Made by a program: the position numbers and the translations under genes. Below the pieces are notes generated by a model that saw only the letters and a program-made list of their open reading frames with translations, was not told the origin of the DNA and searched no databases. From Naegleria gruberi (lineage: Eukaryota), in the NCBI GenBank assembly GCA_000004985.1, contig GG738845.1: a DNA stretch of 64,000 bases. One strand, 5' to 3'. Within the stretch, counting starts at the first letter, position 1. The number at the start of each line of letters is the position of its first letter. Below are positions 31,352 through 44,300 of this stretch, in pieces.

Positions 31352-34300
31352 ATGGACAAAGTGTTAGAGGCCTCAACTTTGGAGATCGCATTGGAGGGAT
31401 TCAGAGGTTGCTCGTTCGAGAAATTAGTAAAACTCTTACAAGAATATCACGAGTATGATATAAAAGAAGACGAAGATATGCAAATATGTTTGTGGAGTTA
31501 TTTACTTAGAAATAGTAAACTTTCTTTCTTTAAAATAGTTCCGAACAATGGCGACTCTTCAACAACCAACAATACTCCACCACCTAAGCAGAAATCAAAC
31601 AAAAAAGCCCCACAAAAGAATGACTATCAATACACAACCGAAGGTTTCCAAGAGTATGCAGAGACTAGAAACAATTTCGATTCTCGTTTCTCCTCTAAAC
31701 GGTTGTTGGTTGATAACCTTTCTGAATTGGGTACACTACCAACATCAGATATTTGTATTGTTGCACAATTCGAATATAGAAAATTTGCTTTAGGTTTAGA
31801 TATTAGATCCGATGTTGAAATAAGTGAAATACAGTATTGCATGTTGGAAGAAGTTGGCCGGTCAAGATATAGTGGAAGGTTCCAAAATGATTTGACAAAA
31901 TACTTATGTATTGATTCAAGGTCAACTTTATATCACTTAAAACGGTTATACGGATTAAATTTACTTTTGAAAAAGTCTTCATATGATCCACGTTCTAAAA
32001 CAACTTCAAATTTAATCCATTTATTCAGATTTACTGATACCAAGAAACAAAAAGAGTTTATCAAAAAAACTGACGATGAAGTTAATGCAGAAAAGATATT
32101 TGAAAGGTATTCTCAACTGAAAGAAAATATTGTCGATACTGTTGTTGGAATGCTAACAAAGGCAAAGGGAAATGTATTGATAGATTATGAAGTAAGAAAA
32201 AAACTTTTGGATTTTGTTAAAGACGACACACAACAAAAACACAAATGGGAAAGACTGAAACTTATCTTACAAGCAAGTGGAAAAGTTGAATATTTTAAGG
32301 CAATTTTTGAAAACAGACTTACCTATTGTGTTCGTCTTCTCAACCAAGATAACAATTTATCTTCCTCTAATCCTATTGCTACAAATAATGCAATAGAAGA
32401 TGGATTACTAAATCCTGGATTTGATATGGAAAGGCCTCAACTCTATCAAATGTATGACTATATAGAAAAGTTTGGTGGTAAAAGTGGATTAAACCACATG
32501 GACATTTATCAACATTTTGAAATGACATCCAAAGTGAGTGGCAACCTTTGCAACGATTTGAGGAAAGACTTTGGTGTAACTTCTGTAGCAGAAAAGGGAG
32601 AAAAACAGGCTAAATCAACAAGTTATAGATTTTTCGTTCCTTACATTAAAGAAGTAGAAAATGATAAAGCTAATGAAGTCTCTAACAATGAACAGGAATC
32701 TCCTCAAAAATCCAAGTCTAGGAAAAAAAAGAAATCTCAACCACCTAAACAATCAACAAATAATTCTCAAGAACAAGTACAACAAGAGGTCCAGTCTGTA
32801 TTGCCATCAATTAATTTGGAAGATTCTAGTGATTCTCTTTATGATAGTGATACAGGAAGTGATGACGAAAGTGATGAAAATAAGCCAGCCCTTACTCCAA
32901 GCCAATATTTGAGGACAGAAGGAAAGAGAAAAGAAGAAGGATCCAGAAAAGAGGTAATAACTAAAAATTTCTCAGAAAGATGCAAATTGGCTCTTTCCTT
33001 TTTGAAAGAAAAGAAGTGTATTGCCAGATTTCAGTTGAGAGAACATTTTAAACAAAATAATGTTAGTGTGGAAAGCAAAGCTATATCAAGATTGATTCAA
33101 TACTTGGAATCGAATAACCTTGCTAAAAAAATGACTATTGCTGTACCTAGTTTATTTGGAACAACCTCAAAAATGCACATATGTTTAATTGATTGTTCTT
33201 TGGATATGAAATCAAAGACTGTACAGGACTTTATTACAAGTTTATACTCTCATGAAGTACAAGTTAATTCAAAAGAAAAAGTTGATAGAACAATTTTAGA
33301 AAAAGTTGATAGTATCGATCACTTAGAGACTAAAAGGTCTCAAAAAAGATTTTCCTACTTGCCACTCTTTCATTCACTTCTTAATGGCTATATCAATGCA
33401 AAAATGTTGCGAGTTAGGGTATTCCATCAATATCTATGGAATAAGGTGAATGAGGGATCTGTTAATCCTGAGCGTATTTGCCTTTATGATATTTATAGTA
33501 ACATGTCTGTTTCTCTATTTTGTAAGCTTGTTGGTTGTATTGCAGAAATCAGACTTGGTTCAGATGATAAGGAGATTTTACAAACAGTAACAATTTCTAA
33601 TGCGCCAGAAAATATTAAAAAAGCTGTTGATGCATCGGTAGTGGGAAGAAGAGCAGTTGCTCTCTCAAGAGTTGAAACATTTATTGATATAATGGAGAAG
33701 TTGGGATTATTGGTTGTACAGGCTATACGTGATAAAGAGAGCAAATCAAAAGTTTTTTCATTATTGAAAACAGTAGAATTTCCTTTCCCACAACAATTCC
33801 CTGCAACAGAGTACAGACAAGTTACATTTAATTCAATTAATGATGTAGAAGAATATTGGGACGATTTGGAAATGTGTAGTGTAAATATGGAGACTATTAG
33901 ATGTGAGCCAATTGGTGATGATCAAGAAGATAGCCCACAAATTTTTTCAAAGATTCAAGATTTGGGAAAAAGACCTAGTTGGACTGAGTATAGACATTTT
34001 TCTTTGAGGCAACTTCGTATTTTAGAGGCTTCTTATAAGGAGAATCAAACACCAAATTTTGAGGAATGCGACAATATTTGCAAAAAATTGAGAATACCAA
34101 TGGAACAAGTTGTTCTCTATTTTTACAGATATAGAAACTCTATTCTTAGCAAGCGTATTTCAGATATTGGTACTATCCCAGAGGGTCAATCCAAGTCAAA
34201 TACTAAACGTAAAAAGGACGATGATTTTATAGTTGGTGATGACGAAATTGAGTATGAAAGCAATGATGAGAATGTAGAGGTTAGAGCAAAAAAAACAAAG

Positions 34301-36553
34301 CGTTTGCCATCTGTTTCATTGTTATTGATTGGAAATAGAAAAACAAGGAAAGGCTCTACCAGAAAGGGCAACAAAAAACAACCTACCGATACTAATGAAA
34401 ACACAGAAAAACAAAAAGAAAAAACGATACCAACAAGAGGGTACAAGTGGACTAATGAGCAAGATCTTTTGCTTTTAGAGGGACTCTCAAGGTTAAGGGA
34501 ATTGGATCCAAGTACTGGTACTTTCCTTACAAAGCCTATAAAATGGCAAGAAATAGCAGATTCTATTGGTGATGGTATAACAGCCAATCGGTGCAAATTG
34601 AGATGGAATAATGTTTTGAGAAAACTTCCATGGTGTAAGAGAGCACTTGAGCTTGCTATTGGTCACAGAGATTTAAATAAGAACAATCCAAATATTCCTC
34701 CCATAGAAATAAGAACGCTTGTACAAACCTGTAGAGATCAGTACAGAATCGGACCTTCTGATTCTAATAATCAATTAATGAGTGTAGATCTTCCTAGAGA
34801 TTTAATCAATATTGTAAAATACTTTAAAGTTATAAGGTTTGAACCACTAGTAGAGGATAATGCAGACGAAAATATCAATATCACTACAGAGAATAGATTG
34901 AGACTCAGTTCTTTGGAAACCCTTTTCAAAATTATTCTACTTACCCCTGATGAACACTATGATGTAAAATTAGCCAACAAACTTGTTAAAAGATTCAAAT
35001 CAAAGGAAATAGAGGAATGTTTTAACAGTTTAAGAAAGAGATCAATAATATCCAAGTCTAAAAGAGGTCTAAGAATGAAGGGTTACCATCTCAACATTAA
35101 TTTTACAACAAAAACCACCGTGAACTTTTATCCACCAGAAATTTTTGAAGATGCTCCAAAATTCAGAAAAAGAGCGTTAATGATTAATGAGGAGGATGAC
35201 TCTGATGAAGAAGATGATATGGAGGTTAAACCACTATTTAATAGACATGGAGCATGCTTTAATCCTCAAAGCTCTGGTGGTGTAGTAGCAGCTTTAATGA
35301 GTATGGTAATGTTGGAAGAAATTAGGTTAATACCAAGGGTTGCACCACTTTCCGAAGAAGAAAAAAATCAAGTAGGAAGAACTCGTAGTATCCAAGATAT
35401 GGAAGAGGATGACGGAACAGGCGTCAGTAATCATTTACTAAGGGTGGGAGCTGTGAGACCTGGTGAGAATGATCATATTCATGCAGAAGGTACAAACATT
35501 AAAAGTTCACACGGCTCACTACAATTACCAGATTGGACGATAGCTATAGAATCCATCACTGAAGTAAATTTATTTAGTGAGATGGGAGCTGAAAATGAAC
35601 ATCAAACCCACATTTCCAGAATAGTATCTGAGTACGGGCACAAACTCTCTAGTATTGAATTTTCTATTGAACTCCCAGATCAAGAGAATGAGAATAAGAG
35701 AGAAAGAGATGAATTTAACCAAGATAACACCTATGACCCACCTCAAAAGAAAAAGAAACAACACCACATTACTAACTCTGAAATTGAGGCATATTTCGAA
35801 ATGTATGCTGCAGAAAGTAGTTCTATAACAACATTCACCAATGATCAAATAGATTTTGTTGAAAATATTACATATCCAGAGATTAAACCTCTTGCACAAT
35901 ATATTATAGAATCTGGAGTTGAAGAATATTCATTTTGGATAGAAAGGATAATTTTGGTGTATTCATTTATTGGTAATACCAAGTTTGAAGGGGCAAACTT
36001 TGACACTATTTCTCAAAAATTTTCAGATTTTTCTACTGATTATGATCTTTCGATCAAAGAAATATTACAACAATTAGTTAACTTTAATTGTATTGTGGAG
36101 GTAAATTCTGAAAATGAAACAAGATTTTTGAGATTTGAAGAAGCCAAATTGCACACAATACCATACTCAGAAAATGGTGCAACACAATATAGACCAATTT
36201 CAGTCTTCAGACAATTATCAGGAGAGTTAAATGATAACCTTTTACAAAACTTTAAAAAATGTATCATCTCCAGAATTATGAGATATCCTGGTATTTTGGA
36301 AAAAAAGCTTATCAATAGTATTGGTGTTATTTCTGCCCAGGATATAAGAAAAGTATTAGGATTTTTGGAGGATGACCAAATCATTCAATCTAGCTATCAT
36401 AGAGCAACATCTAACGAGAAATTGAAGTGTAAAAATATATTATTCATGCATCAAGATGAGATGGATGACTTGGAAAACAGTGATTGTTACCCTACAGAAT
36501 TTCATAGATCTCTTTTTGTTACCCCAAAATATATTTTCTTCTCTACACAATAA
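31352..36553 (+). CDS. TFIIIC large B-block-binding subunit (GTF3C1/Tfc3-like), 1733 aa, single exon
   Basis: N-terminus MDKVLEASTLEIALEGFRGCSFEKL and IVAQFEYRKFALG...CMLEEVGRSRYSGRFQNDL are collinear with the human GTF3C1 winged-helix region (EVALEGLDGLCL...; IIVASQAMRYRALIG...CILERLGRSRWQGELQRDL). Contains a Myb/SANT-like segment (GYKWTNEQDLLLLEGL...RCKLRWNNV). Confidence 0.6.
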   Translation: MDKVLEASTLEIALEGFRGCSFEKLVKLLQEYHEYDIKEDEDMQICLWSYLLRNSKLSFFKIVPNNGDSSTTNNTPPPKQKSNKKAPQKNDYQYTTEGFQEYAETRNNFDSRFSSKRLLVDNLSELGTLPTSDICIVAQFEYRKFALGLDIRSDVEISEIQYCMLEEVGRSRYSGRFQNDLTKYLCIDSRSTLYHLKRLYGLNLLLKKSSYDPRSKTTSNLIHLFRFTDTKKQKEFIKKTDDEVNAEKIFERYSQLKENIVDTVVGMLTKAKGNVLIDYEVRKKLLDFVKDDTQQKHKWERLKLILQASGKVEYFKAIFENRLTYCVRLLNQDNNLSSSNPIATNNAIEDGLLNPGFDMERPQLYQMYDYIEKFGGKSGLNHMDIYQHFEMTSKVSGNLCNDLRKDFGVTSVAEKGEKQAKSTSYRFFVPYIKEVENDKANEVSNNEQESPQKSKSRKKKKSQPPKQSTNNSQEQVQQEVQSVLPSINLEDSSDSLYDSDTGSDDESDENKPALTPSQYLRTEGKRKEEGSRKEVITKNFSERCKLALSFLKEKKCIARFQLREHFKQNNVSVESKAISRLIQYLESNNLAKKMTIAVPSLFGTTSKMHICLIDCSLDMKSKTVQDFITSLYSHEVQVNSKEKVDRTILEKVDSIDHLETKRSQKRFSYLPLFHSLLNGYINAKMLRVRVFHQYLWNKVNEGSVNPERICLYDIYSNMSVSLFCKLVGCIAEIRLGSDDKEILQTVTISNAPENIKKAVDASVVGRRAVALSRVETFIDIMEKLGLLVVQAIRDKESKSKVFSLLKTVEFPFPQQFPATEYRQVTFNSINDVEEYWDDLEMCSVNMETIRCEPIGDDQEDSPQIFSKIQDLGKRPSWTEYRHFSLRQLRILEASYKENQTPNFEECDNICKKLRIPMEQVVLYFYRYRNSILSKRISDIGTIPEGQSKSNTKRKKDDDFIVGDDEIEYESNDENVEVRAKKTKRLPSVSLLLIGNRKTRKGSTRKGNKKQPTDTNENTEKQKEKTIPTRGYKWTNEQDLLLLEGLSRLRELDPSTGTFLTKPIKWQEIADSIGDGITANRCKLRWNNVLRKLPWCKRALELAIGHRDLNKNNPNIPPIEIRTLVQTCRDQYRIGPSDSNNQLMSVDLPRDLINIVKYFKVIRFEPLVEDNADENINITTENRLRLSSLETLFKIILLTPDEHYDVKLANKLVKRFKSKEIEECFNSLRKRSIISKSKRGLRMKGYHLNINFTTKTTVNFYPPEIFEDAPKFRKRALMINEEDDSDEEDDMEVKPLFNRHGACFNPQSSGGVVAALMSMVMLEEIRLIPRVAPLSEEEKNQVGRTRSIQDMEEDDGTGVSNHLLRVGAVRPGENDHIHAEGTNIKSSHGSLQLPDWTIAIESITEVNLFSEMGAENEHQTHISRIVSEYGHKLSSIEFSIELPDQENENKRERDEFNQDNTYDPPQKKKKQHHITNSEIEAYFEMYAAESSSITTFTNDQIDFVENITYPEIKPLAQYIIESGVEEYSFWIERIILVYSFIGNTKFEGANFDTISQKFSDFSTDYDLSIKEILQQLVNFNCIVEVNSENETRFLRFEEAKLHTIPYSENGATQYRPISVFRQLSGELNDNLLQNFKKCIISRIMRYPGILEKKLINSIGVISAQDIRKVLGFLEDDQIIQSSYHRATSNEKLKCKNILFMHQDEMDDLENSDCYPTEFHRSLFVTPKYIFFSTQ

Positions 36554-36566
36554 AGGTTAATAATGT

Positions 36567-38300
36567 TTATTCACTAATGACTATTGAATCAATACAAAAG
36601 AGAGCAGAATTAACATAGGAGGAAAGCAGGCATTGTACTTTAACAGGTATTGGGTCATCCTGATTGAGCTGGAGCAGAACATTTTCCTTGATAAAAGGAA
36701 TTTGGAATGGATCTAATAGCAATAGACGAGCACTTGCAGCATTGATGGATGTATTGATGGTAGTGTATTGTTTTGCATTTGAGTTTTCCATTCCTTCAGT
36801 GCTAAAATCAATAATTGGGTCAATTAAGTCTATGGATGTTGGAGAAAAGTTTACATGAATACGCATTGGAGGACATAAGTACAGCTTTAGGAACCCATTT
36901 TTTGTGTCATCTTGCAGTTTGGAATAAAGTGAAACTTCAATAACAAACTGCTTGGAATTTTCATTTTCTTGGAATGTATTTACATTTTGGAGATCGGTCA
37001 AGTTTGTGGCACACGACAGTTCAGATACAGAGCTCACTGACACAGGTGATGTGAGCTTGGATGGAATGCAAGAGCCATCTTCATCTATTTCATCATCTTG
37101 CTTAGCATTGGTACCTCGTGGAAAATGTCTAACATCTATTTCAAACTTTGACTTGGCATTTTTAAAAGCAATCAAAAACTTGGATTTGAGTTTTGTTGTA
37201 AGATGTTCTTGTAATGCATCATAAAAAGTCTGAGAGGAATTAAATGTTGATGCCAAAAGAACTTGTTTCATAAAATTTTTCATTGGAAATAGATCCTCCT
37301 CATATTTTCTTGATTTGTTTGGTTCCAATGACTGATAAATATCGGTAATTTTCCTCTTATTTGTTTGATTTGTTACGGAAATAAAATCATCAAAAGAAGG
37401 AAACCCAACTTCGGTATGTACAGTTTCACAGAATTGTTTCAGAACGTTCTCATTTTGAGATTTTCCTGAGAGATAGGTTTTTTCGAGATCATCTAGGATT
37501 TTAATATGTTCTAATTGCTTTGTTTTCAAAGTTACAGACAACTTTTCATATATGTGTGCAAGATTCTGTACAATCGTACTTAGTTGTTTTAAAACTTCAA
37601 TCTCTTCTTTAAATCTCCTAATAGGAGAAGTTTTAACTAAATTACTCATTGCTGCAGTTTCGTCCTTATTCTTTTCAAGAAATGCGTTATAATTATTTTG
37701 ATGATCAAAAAAATATTGTTTCAAGTTCTTTGTAATGATTTCTAATTGTTGTACTTTTTTATCCGCATCATTGTATCCTAAAACAGTGATAAACTTGTCT
37801 CTCTTTTCTTTGAATTTTTCCAATAATTGTTTAGCTGTCCCGTAGTCATGTCTTAATCTATCACATTCATGTTTGTTTTTAATTATTCCAATAAATGTGT
37901 CCCAAAATATTTGTGATTCATTAACTGGTTGTTGTGGTGTTTGTGTAGATTGTTGGCTATTTGATTGTTGTGTATTATTCTTCGGAGTCTGATTTGATTG
38001 TTGCTGTTGTATAGTGTGCTGATTTTGTTGAACAGTTGTTTCTTGTTGTGGAGGTTGCTGTGGACGATAGTGCTGCTCTGCATGATATGGAATATTTTGT
38101 AACTCTTGGATAAATACTTGTTTTGTTGGTGATGTGTTCCAAGCTTGAGTAACAAAATAAAGAGCAATCTGGTCCACAGTCTCCTTGGGAAATTTAGGAT
38201 TATTCTTGAAGAATTCGTGATTGGAGACAAGGGAAGTGGTGTAGGTAACAAATTTTTCTTGCTCTTCGGGGCGTACTTCACTGTGCCAAGGTTGAGACAT
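36567..38300 (-). CDS. Gln-rich nuclear-looking protein of unknown function (about 578 aa)
   Basis: ATG at 38300 (MSQPWHS); the listed ORF starts at an upstream GTG. Long Q/N/T-rich tract after an N-terminal globular part. No family assigned. Its stop lies 13 nt from the TFIIIC stop (convergent). Confidence 0.5.
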   Translation of the reverse strand: MSQPWHSEVRPEEQEKFVTYTTSLVSNHEFFKNNPKFPKETVDQIALYFVTQAWNTSPTKQVFIQELQNIPYHAEQHYRPQQPPQQETTVQQNQHTIQQQQSNQTPKNNTQQSNSQQSTQTPQQPVNESQIFWDTFIGIIKNKHECDRLRHDYGTAKQLLEKFKEKRDKFITVLGYNDADKKVQQLEIITKNLKQYFFDHQNNYNAFLEKNKDETAAMSNLVKTSPIRRFKEEIEVLKQLSTIVQNLAHIYEKLSVTLKTKQLEHIKILDDLEKTYLSGKSQNENVLKQFCETVHTEVGFPSFDDFISVTNQTNKRKITDIYQSLEPNKSRKYEEDLFPMKNFMKQVLLASTFNSSQTFYDALQEHLTTKLKSKFLIAFKNAKSKFEIDVRHFPRGTNAKQDDEIDEDGSCIPSKLTSPVSVSSVSELSCATNLTDLQNVNTFQENENSKQFVIEVSLYSKLQDDTKNGFLKLYLCPPMRIHVNFSPTSIDLIDPIIDFSTEGMENSNAKQYTTINTSINAASARLLLLDPFQIPFIKENVLLQLNQDDPIPVKVQCLLSSYVNSALFCIDSIVISE

Positions 38301-38358
38301 TTTCACAAGATGTCTTTTGAAGTATTTTTTTATTTTTGAAATTCTTTAAATAACCATT

Positions 38359-38372
38359 GTTCCCGCCAAATT
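38359..38372 (-). promoter_or_regulatory. E2F-like GC box GTTCCCGCCAAATT (reverse complement AATTTGGCGGGAAC), about 33 nt upstream of the ATG of coiled-coil gene 38403
   Basis: Same 11-mer core TTTGGCGGGAAC as the IFT52 copy. Confidence 0.45.
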
Positions 38373-38402
38373 CTACAATTAATAATTTTTAAAAAAAACA
38401 AC

Positions 38403-40770
38403 ATGAGCAACATTGGTGTGGCACGATCGTCTATAAATCTTGTTAGTCCTCTCACTCTATCTTCCCCTATCAATATTGGTGGTCCACAACTGGAAAGAGA
38501 TCAAAAACACTTCCCATTTTCAAGGAGTACCATGGATTTAAAAGAAGTGGAACGAAATAATAAGGATTTAGTTGTACCCTCAAACCGAACAGATGACCCT
38601 TTCAAGGATTTTCCTGCAACTACCGATGTATTATCATGCAAAACCAAAGTGAATGAATTAGAAGTACAAATAGAATATCTTAAAGACATAGGTATGTTTT
38701 ATTTAGTATTAAAACTGTTAATCAAAATTAAATAGTTCAAAGGTTGAGTGACGAAATGGCTAGGTATCAGGTAAAATATCCGCCAATTGTTTCAAGTGAT
38801 TCCGAAGGAGCTTGTTCTACGTTAATTGCTCCATGGTTTTACAACTCCCAACACATGAACCCTCTTCTTGTATCATACGATCACAGAATCATGGAATTAA
38901 CAAACGAAATTAAACTCTATAAGGAAAAAATTGAAACAATGACAATTGAAGTAAAAGCAGTGTCATCAGAAAATGAAGATCTTCAACATAGTTTGAAAAA
39001 TATGATTGAAAAACATCTGTCAAAACCCAATGAGCCAGGGTCTTCGATTCCTTTCAACATTCCTACTGAAGAATGGGACGAACTTCAACAGAGAGTTGAA
39101 CTATTAGACAGAGAAAACAAGTTGTTATTGGAGGAGCAAAGAGAGCTTCAAAATGAAATTGATCGATTGAGAAACGAAAATAGAAGACCATATGTTGAGT
39201 CATCATTATCTTCGACAGATTCTGATAGAACTCGTTTAATGCTGGAAAGTGCAAAAAAAAAAATTTCATCCTTGCAAAGAGAAAAAGAAGATTACCAAAG
39301 AGAGATTAAAAGGGCTAGGCATTTGGAATCTGTTGTTGGTGATTTAGAAAGAGCACTAAGTTCCAGTAATCAGAGATGTAAATTGTTGGATGAAGAATTA
39401 GAAAAACATAAATGCTTGATAGACGACTTGAATCATGAAAGAAAGCGATTTTTCCAAACAGAAAAAACCATCAATTACAAGGATATAGAGATGACAGGTT
39501 TGTTATTTACTTTCTTAATATTAGTTACAATTTGAAAGAACTTCGTGACAAGTTGACAATAGCACTCAGGGAAGGAGATGAAATAAGGGAAGAAAAAAAT
39601 AAGATTTTACATGAAATAAGCCAAATGGAGCAGAGAATAGTTGCTTACCAACAGAGTGAATTTGAAGCTTTACAAAAAGTGAAGGAAACTATGGAGTTAC
39701 TTGAAACAACAAAACTAGAAAGAGATACTGCTAGAACAGCTATAAAGAACAAAGAACAGGAAATTGAAAGGTTAGAAGAAAAGAATAAGAAGCTTTCTAA
39801 TGACTATTCTGAAAGGTTTAAAAAATTGTCTTCACATTTTCAAGAAAAACACAAGGAATCACTCCAAGCTTTGGAAGATCAACTAAAAATATTACAAATA
39901 GAGAATGGCCATTTAAAATCAGATGTAGACAGGTTAAAAAGAGAGAAAAAGTTAGTATTATTTTAAATATTATTCAAACACAATATTAGAACAACTGAGA
40001 ATGAGTTGACCAAGGTAATTAAGGCTGCCGAGACTGAGCAATTAAATTCACCATTTGTTGTTAATGATTTAAACCAACAGATTAACCATTTAACTAATGA
40101 GAGAGATGAATCAGAGAGGATGTACGAAAGATTAAGAAACTCTCATAGAAGAGCTCAACAACAATGGGAGCAGGAGCGAGAACAATTGAATGCAAGATAT
40201 CTTGAGTTACAAAAAAGAGTTTCATCAATTGAATCAGAATCCGAGGAACAAAGACAAAACAACATAAGATTAAACGAACAAATCAATAGACTTGAGCAAC
40301 AATGCCAAAATGTTAAGTTTGAAAAAGAAGAGGTTGAAAGATCATTGAAAGACTCGATACGAACCCAACAAGAACTTTCATCTCATGATACAAGAGATCT
40401 AAGGAAAAAGCTTGCTCTAACTTTAGAGGAATATAACAGAGCAGAAAACTCATTACACCAACTCAATATGAGACATCAAAAAGAACAATTGCAGTGGAGA
40501 GAAGAGTTTAGTAAGTTTAAGGAAAAAAAGGATAAGGAAGTACACGATTTGACATCAATTGTTGAGCAATTAACAAGAAGAAACCAAGAAATGGAGGGTA
40601 AAATCAAACTCCTTTTAAAGAAAGAAGAAGAACTTCTTAATCAAAAGAAAGACCTTCATATCAGAGCTGACAAGTTAACAATATATCTGGAGAGAATGAA
40701 AAGAGAAAGAGATATGCTCGCAAAACACATGGAAGGGAAGATTACAGATATTAGTTTTGGTTTTGAGTAG
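38403..40770 (+). CDS. Coiled-coil protein (about 747 aa), 4 exons 38403..38691, 38736..39497, 39539..39950, 39990..40770; candidate centriolar/flagellar protein
   Basis: Four ORF segments joined in phase by introns of 44, 41 and 39 nt (GTATGT..AATAG, GTTTGT..GAAAG, GTTAGT..ATTAG). Heptad-rich throughout. The promoter carries GTTCCCGCCAAATT at 38359-38372, about 33 nt upstream of the ATG. Confidence 0.6.
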
Positions 40771-40833
40771 CTGGCAATAAAATTAATTGTTTAATGTTTG
40801 GAATTTTAATTTAAATTATAATTAAAAAAAGAA

Positions 40834-41255
40834 ATGTCTGTTGATGAGAAAATCTATGCGGAAAAAATTAAAACTTTTGGACATGGTTTTATACGATATT
40901 TGAATACAATTGATGATGCTTTCGGAAAATACTTCGACAAAGTGTAGGTAGTTAATTACATTGAATTTGTATTTATGCCCACAAACTTAAAAGAGAAAAA
41001 TCTCTGGATGATCCTTTGAGCAAGGAGGAAGCAATAAACGATTTAGCAGCAATACAAAAATTAATTAACCAAGTTTCTAATGTTACCGACGCAAATAATT
41101 TGTATAGTTTTCTTCTTCCACCAAAAGAAGATGCATTGGAACAACTGGAAATTAGAGAAAAAGAAAAAGAAATCAAAAAACAACATCTTATTCAAATATC
41201 AAAAAACTCTACACTGGTACAGGAGCTTGTATCAAAGTTTGATATTGTCGAATGA
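40834..41255 (+). CDS. Small (about 123 aa) coiled-coil protein of unknown function; exons 40834..40943 and 40994..41255
   Basis: ATG in aaagaaATG context. A 50-nt intron with GTAGGT donor and AAAAG acceptor keeps the frame into the ORF listed at 41016-41255. Confidence 0.45.
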
Positions 41256-41369
41256 AAATGTTATTGTAAATAATAATAATGCGGTATTTAAGTAAAGTTC
41301 CCAAATCATCATAATCATCATTTCATAACCCACCGTCAACTGTCCCATCAAAGATTTTCTTCAAAAAAA

Positions 41370-44300
41370 ATGTCTTCCCAAACCTTGAACGTGCAGGCTC
41401 TGTCAGAACAAACGAAGGAGGAAAGCCCTATGAAATCCTTTCCAAGGTTTAGACCATTTCTCAAAAGTGAAGTAGAGAGTTCAGGAGACGATAAGCCAAA
41501 ATGTTGTGCTGCATTTCATAAGGTAGGTTGAGATTGTTTGAGTGTTGTTTAAAAATCCGAAAGAATGGAAAAAATATTTTGATAAAACATGGTGTTTCGT
41601 CGAATGTTGAATTTACTTTTGACAAAGTGTTGAAAACAACCAATACACAAGAAGATGTATATAATAGTTGTGGAGATGATATTATGAAACATATATTAAA
41701 GGGCCATAACTGTACATTATTTGCACTTGGGGCCCACCAATCCGGTACGTATCATTCATTTTAAAACTTAACTTTCTAATACACATACGAAACAGGTAAA
41801 ACATATACCCTTTTTGGTAACGTAGCAAAATCAGCTAATTGGGCAACTGAACTGGAAAATCAAAAATTTGATGGTATTGCTCCTCGTTTTATAAGAGCTG
41901 TTTTTGATTTTATTATGAATCAAAGCCCAGAAAATATAGAATTCTCAGTTTCTCTTAATGCATTCGAAATTTGTGGATTGGAAAATGGCAATGACGCCTT
42001 AATGAATGATTTATTAGCTAATACCTCGACACCTCCAAAATTAGACGTACTCGTTGAGGAGGAAACTAATGCTGTGGAAATTGTTGGACTTCAGGAGGTT
42101 TTTGTTACAAGTGATAGTGAATTGTTTGAAAATATTTCTGGTGCACTAATGAAAAGATCTAAAAGTAAGTATTTAAAACTTCATTATATTATATATTTGT
42201 ATAGAATTTAGCACAGCATTCTTTGAAATTAAATTTGTACAACATGACACTTCAACTAACTTGACAAAGGAAGGAAGATTGTGCATTATTGATTTGGATT
42301 CTGAACGCTCCAGTGATCAATATAGGAATACCAGAAAGACTGGATGTAAAGTTTTTCAAGAGGTAGCAGAATCTCTCTACACGGAAGTTGAGGATTATGA
42401 CTATTTCAGTACAACTCTAAAATGCCTTGTATTTTCTAGAGTTTTTGTGAATACAGCCACATTTTCCTTTGTGACTTTATCTCCAATGATATCGGTAGTA
42501 GAAGACCAAACCATTCCATATTTACAACTGGCATCCAAGATTTGTGAACTCTCTAGTGATGTCATGGTAAATTATGTACAAGATCCTATTGTTGAAACTC
42601 CACAAGAAGAAGAAAAATCAATCCCTACTCCGCATCCAGTAGCTTCTGTGCAAGCTAATGCCAAGGTAGAGGCTGTACAACAGGAAGAACTAGCCAAACC
42701 AATTGGCAACCCTACTTCCCTGCCTACCACAAATGAAAAAAAAGAAATTCCAACAATCCTTGACATTCCACCGAAACCAACTCAATCAATCACTGATGTA
42801 ACGAAATCTGAGGAATATATGCAAATTTTGAAGGAAAAAATTAACATTGAAGAGGATATATTACTCCTACGCACACAATTCAATTCGCTTAAGGATCAAC
42901 TTGAACGTGAAGAAGAAAAAGCTAGTAAGTTTGAAAAAGAAGCCTCTTTAAAAGATAGTGCCACTAAAGAGCTTGCAAAACAATTGAAAGAAAGCTTTGC
43001 ACTCACAGAACAACTTCAAAAAGAAAGAGACCGCTACGAAGAGCAAGTCAAAGCATCTCAAAATGACATTCAACAGTTGAAAGAGAAATTGATTCATGAA
43101 GAATCTATTAGGGATGAACTAAATGAAAAGGCTCACGAACAAGAAAAAACACTAGCAAATTATAGGTCATCAGAGGAGCAAATGACTATTCAGATTACTC
43201 AACTTAAAAAAGAGTTACAAGAATTTAAACAATCTTCCAACACTAATCATGGAAGTATCCCGACTCCTCTAAAAAACAAAGGAGAAGAACTAGAAAAGGA
43301 AGTAGTATTGCTCATAAAAAGCCAACATGAAGAATTGAAAAATGCATATAACGAACTCTCAATCAAAATTGTTGAACTTGAAAAGAAGAACATTTATCTG
43401 GAAGAAGAACTTGTAGATGCTGAAAAGAAAGCACTTGAAGCTGATGACCCATCCCACCAATTAATTGAAAAGCTAAAATCAAAGAACAAACTGTTATTAG
43501 AACAGTTGAACCTGTCAAAGAGAGAAAATTTAAAATCTCGTGAGAAATCAGTAGAAATTAACATGAAACTTATTGAACAAAAAATTCAAGAATATCAGCA
43601 GTTAGTAAATCAATCATCAACAGTGTTACCAACTCCACTTAACGATACAACAGTCACTGTAAATAATGAAGATTTGGAACCAATATCTCCACAAGAAAAA
43701 CTCAATGTTCAAAAGTTGAAAGAAAAGGTTACAGATCTTACCAACAAACTTACTACAGCTCGTAAGAAAGCAACAGAAACTGAAATTGCAAGAATGAAAT
43801 GGCAAGAAGGTGAAAAGGCGACACGACAAAAAATCTCTGATTTGGAAAATGAGATTGAAGAGCTCAAACAAAAAATGACGGCAAAAGAATCATCCTTAAA
43901 AGAAGAAATTGATCAATTACAAAAAGAAATCAATAGCTGGAGAGAAACTGACCAAAAGATCAAGTCTGAATTGAAAAAAATTGAAAAGGAAAAACAAAGC
44001 TTGGAACAAGTTATCAAAAAGGAAAATGTTAACAGAAAAAAGAGTGTAATGGTTATGCATCAAGTACAACAAGTTCAAGAAAGTAATAATTTGATTTTGA
44101 GAAATGAGTTAGCTCAAGCTAGAGAGAGAATTGAATATTTGGAGCGTGAACTAAAAAAAATCGGTGGACCAGGTATGAAAATATCATCCAGATCTCAAAC
44201 AATCTCCCCATCATCACGCAGTCCTATGACTCCAACTAGTGAATCTTCCTCACAAAGTCTCCCAACAACAGCTCCTAAAAAACTGGATGACAATTCCCAG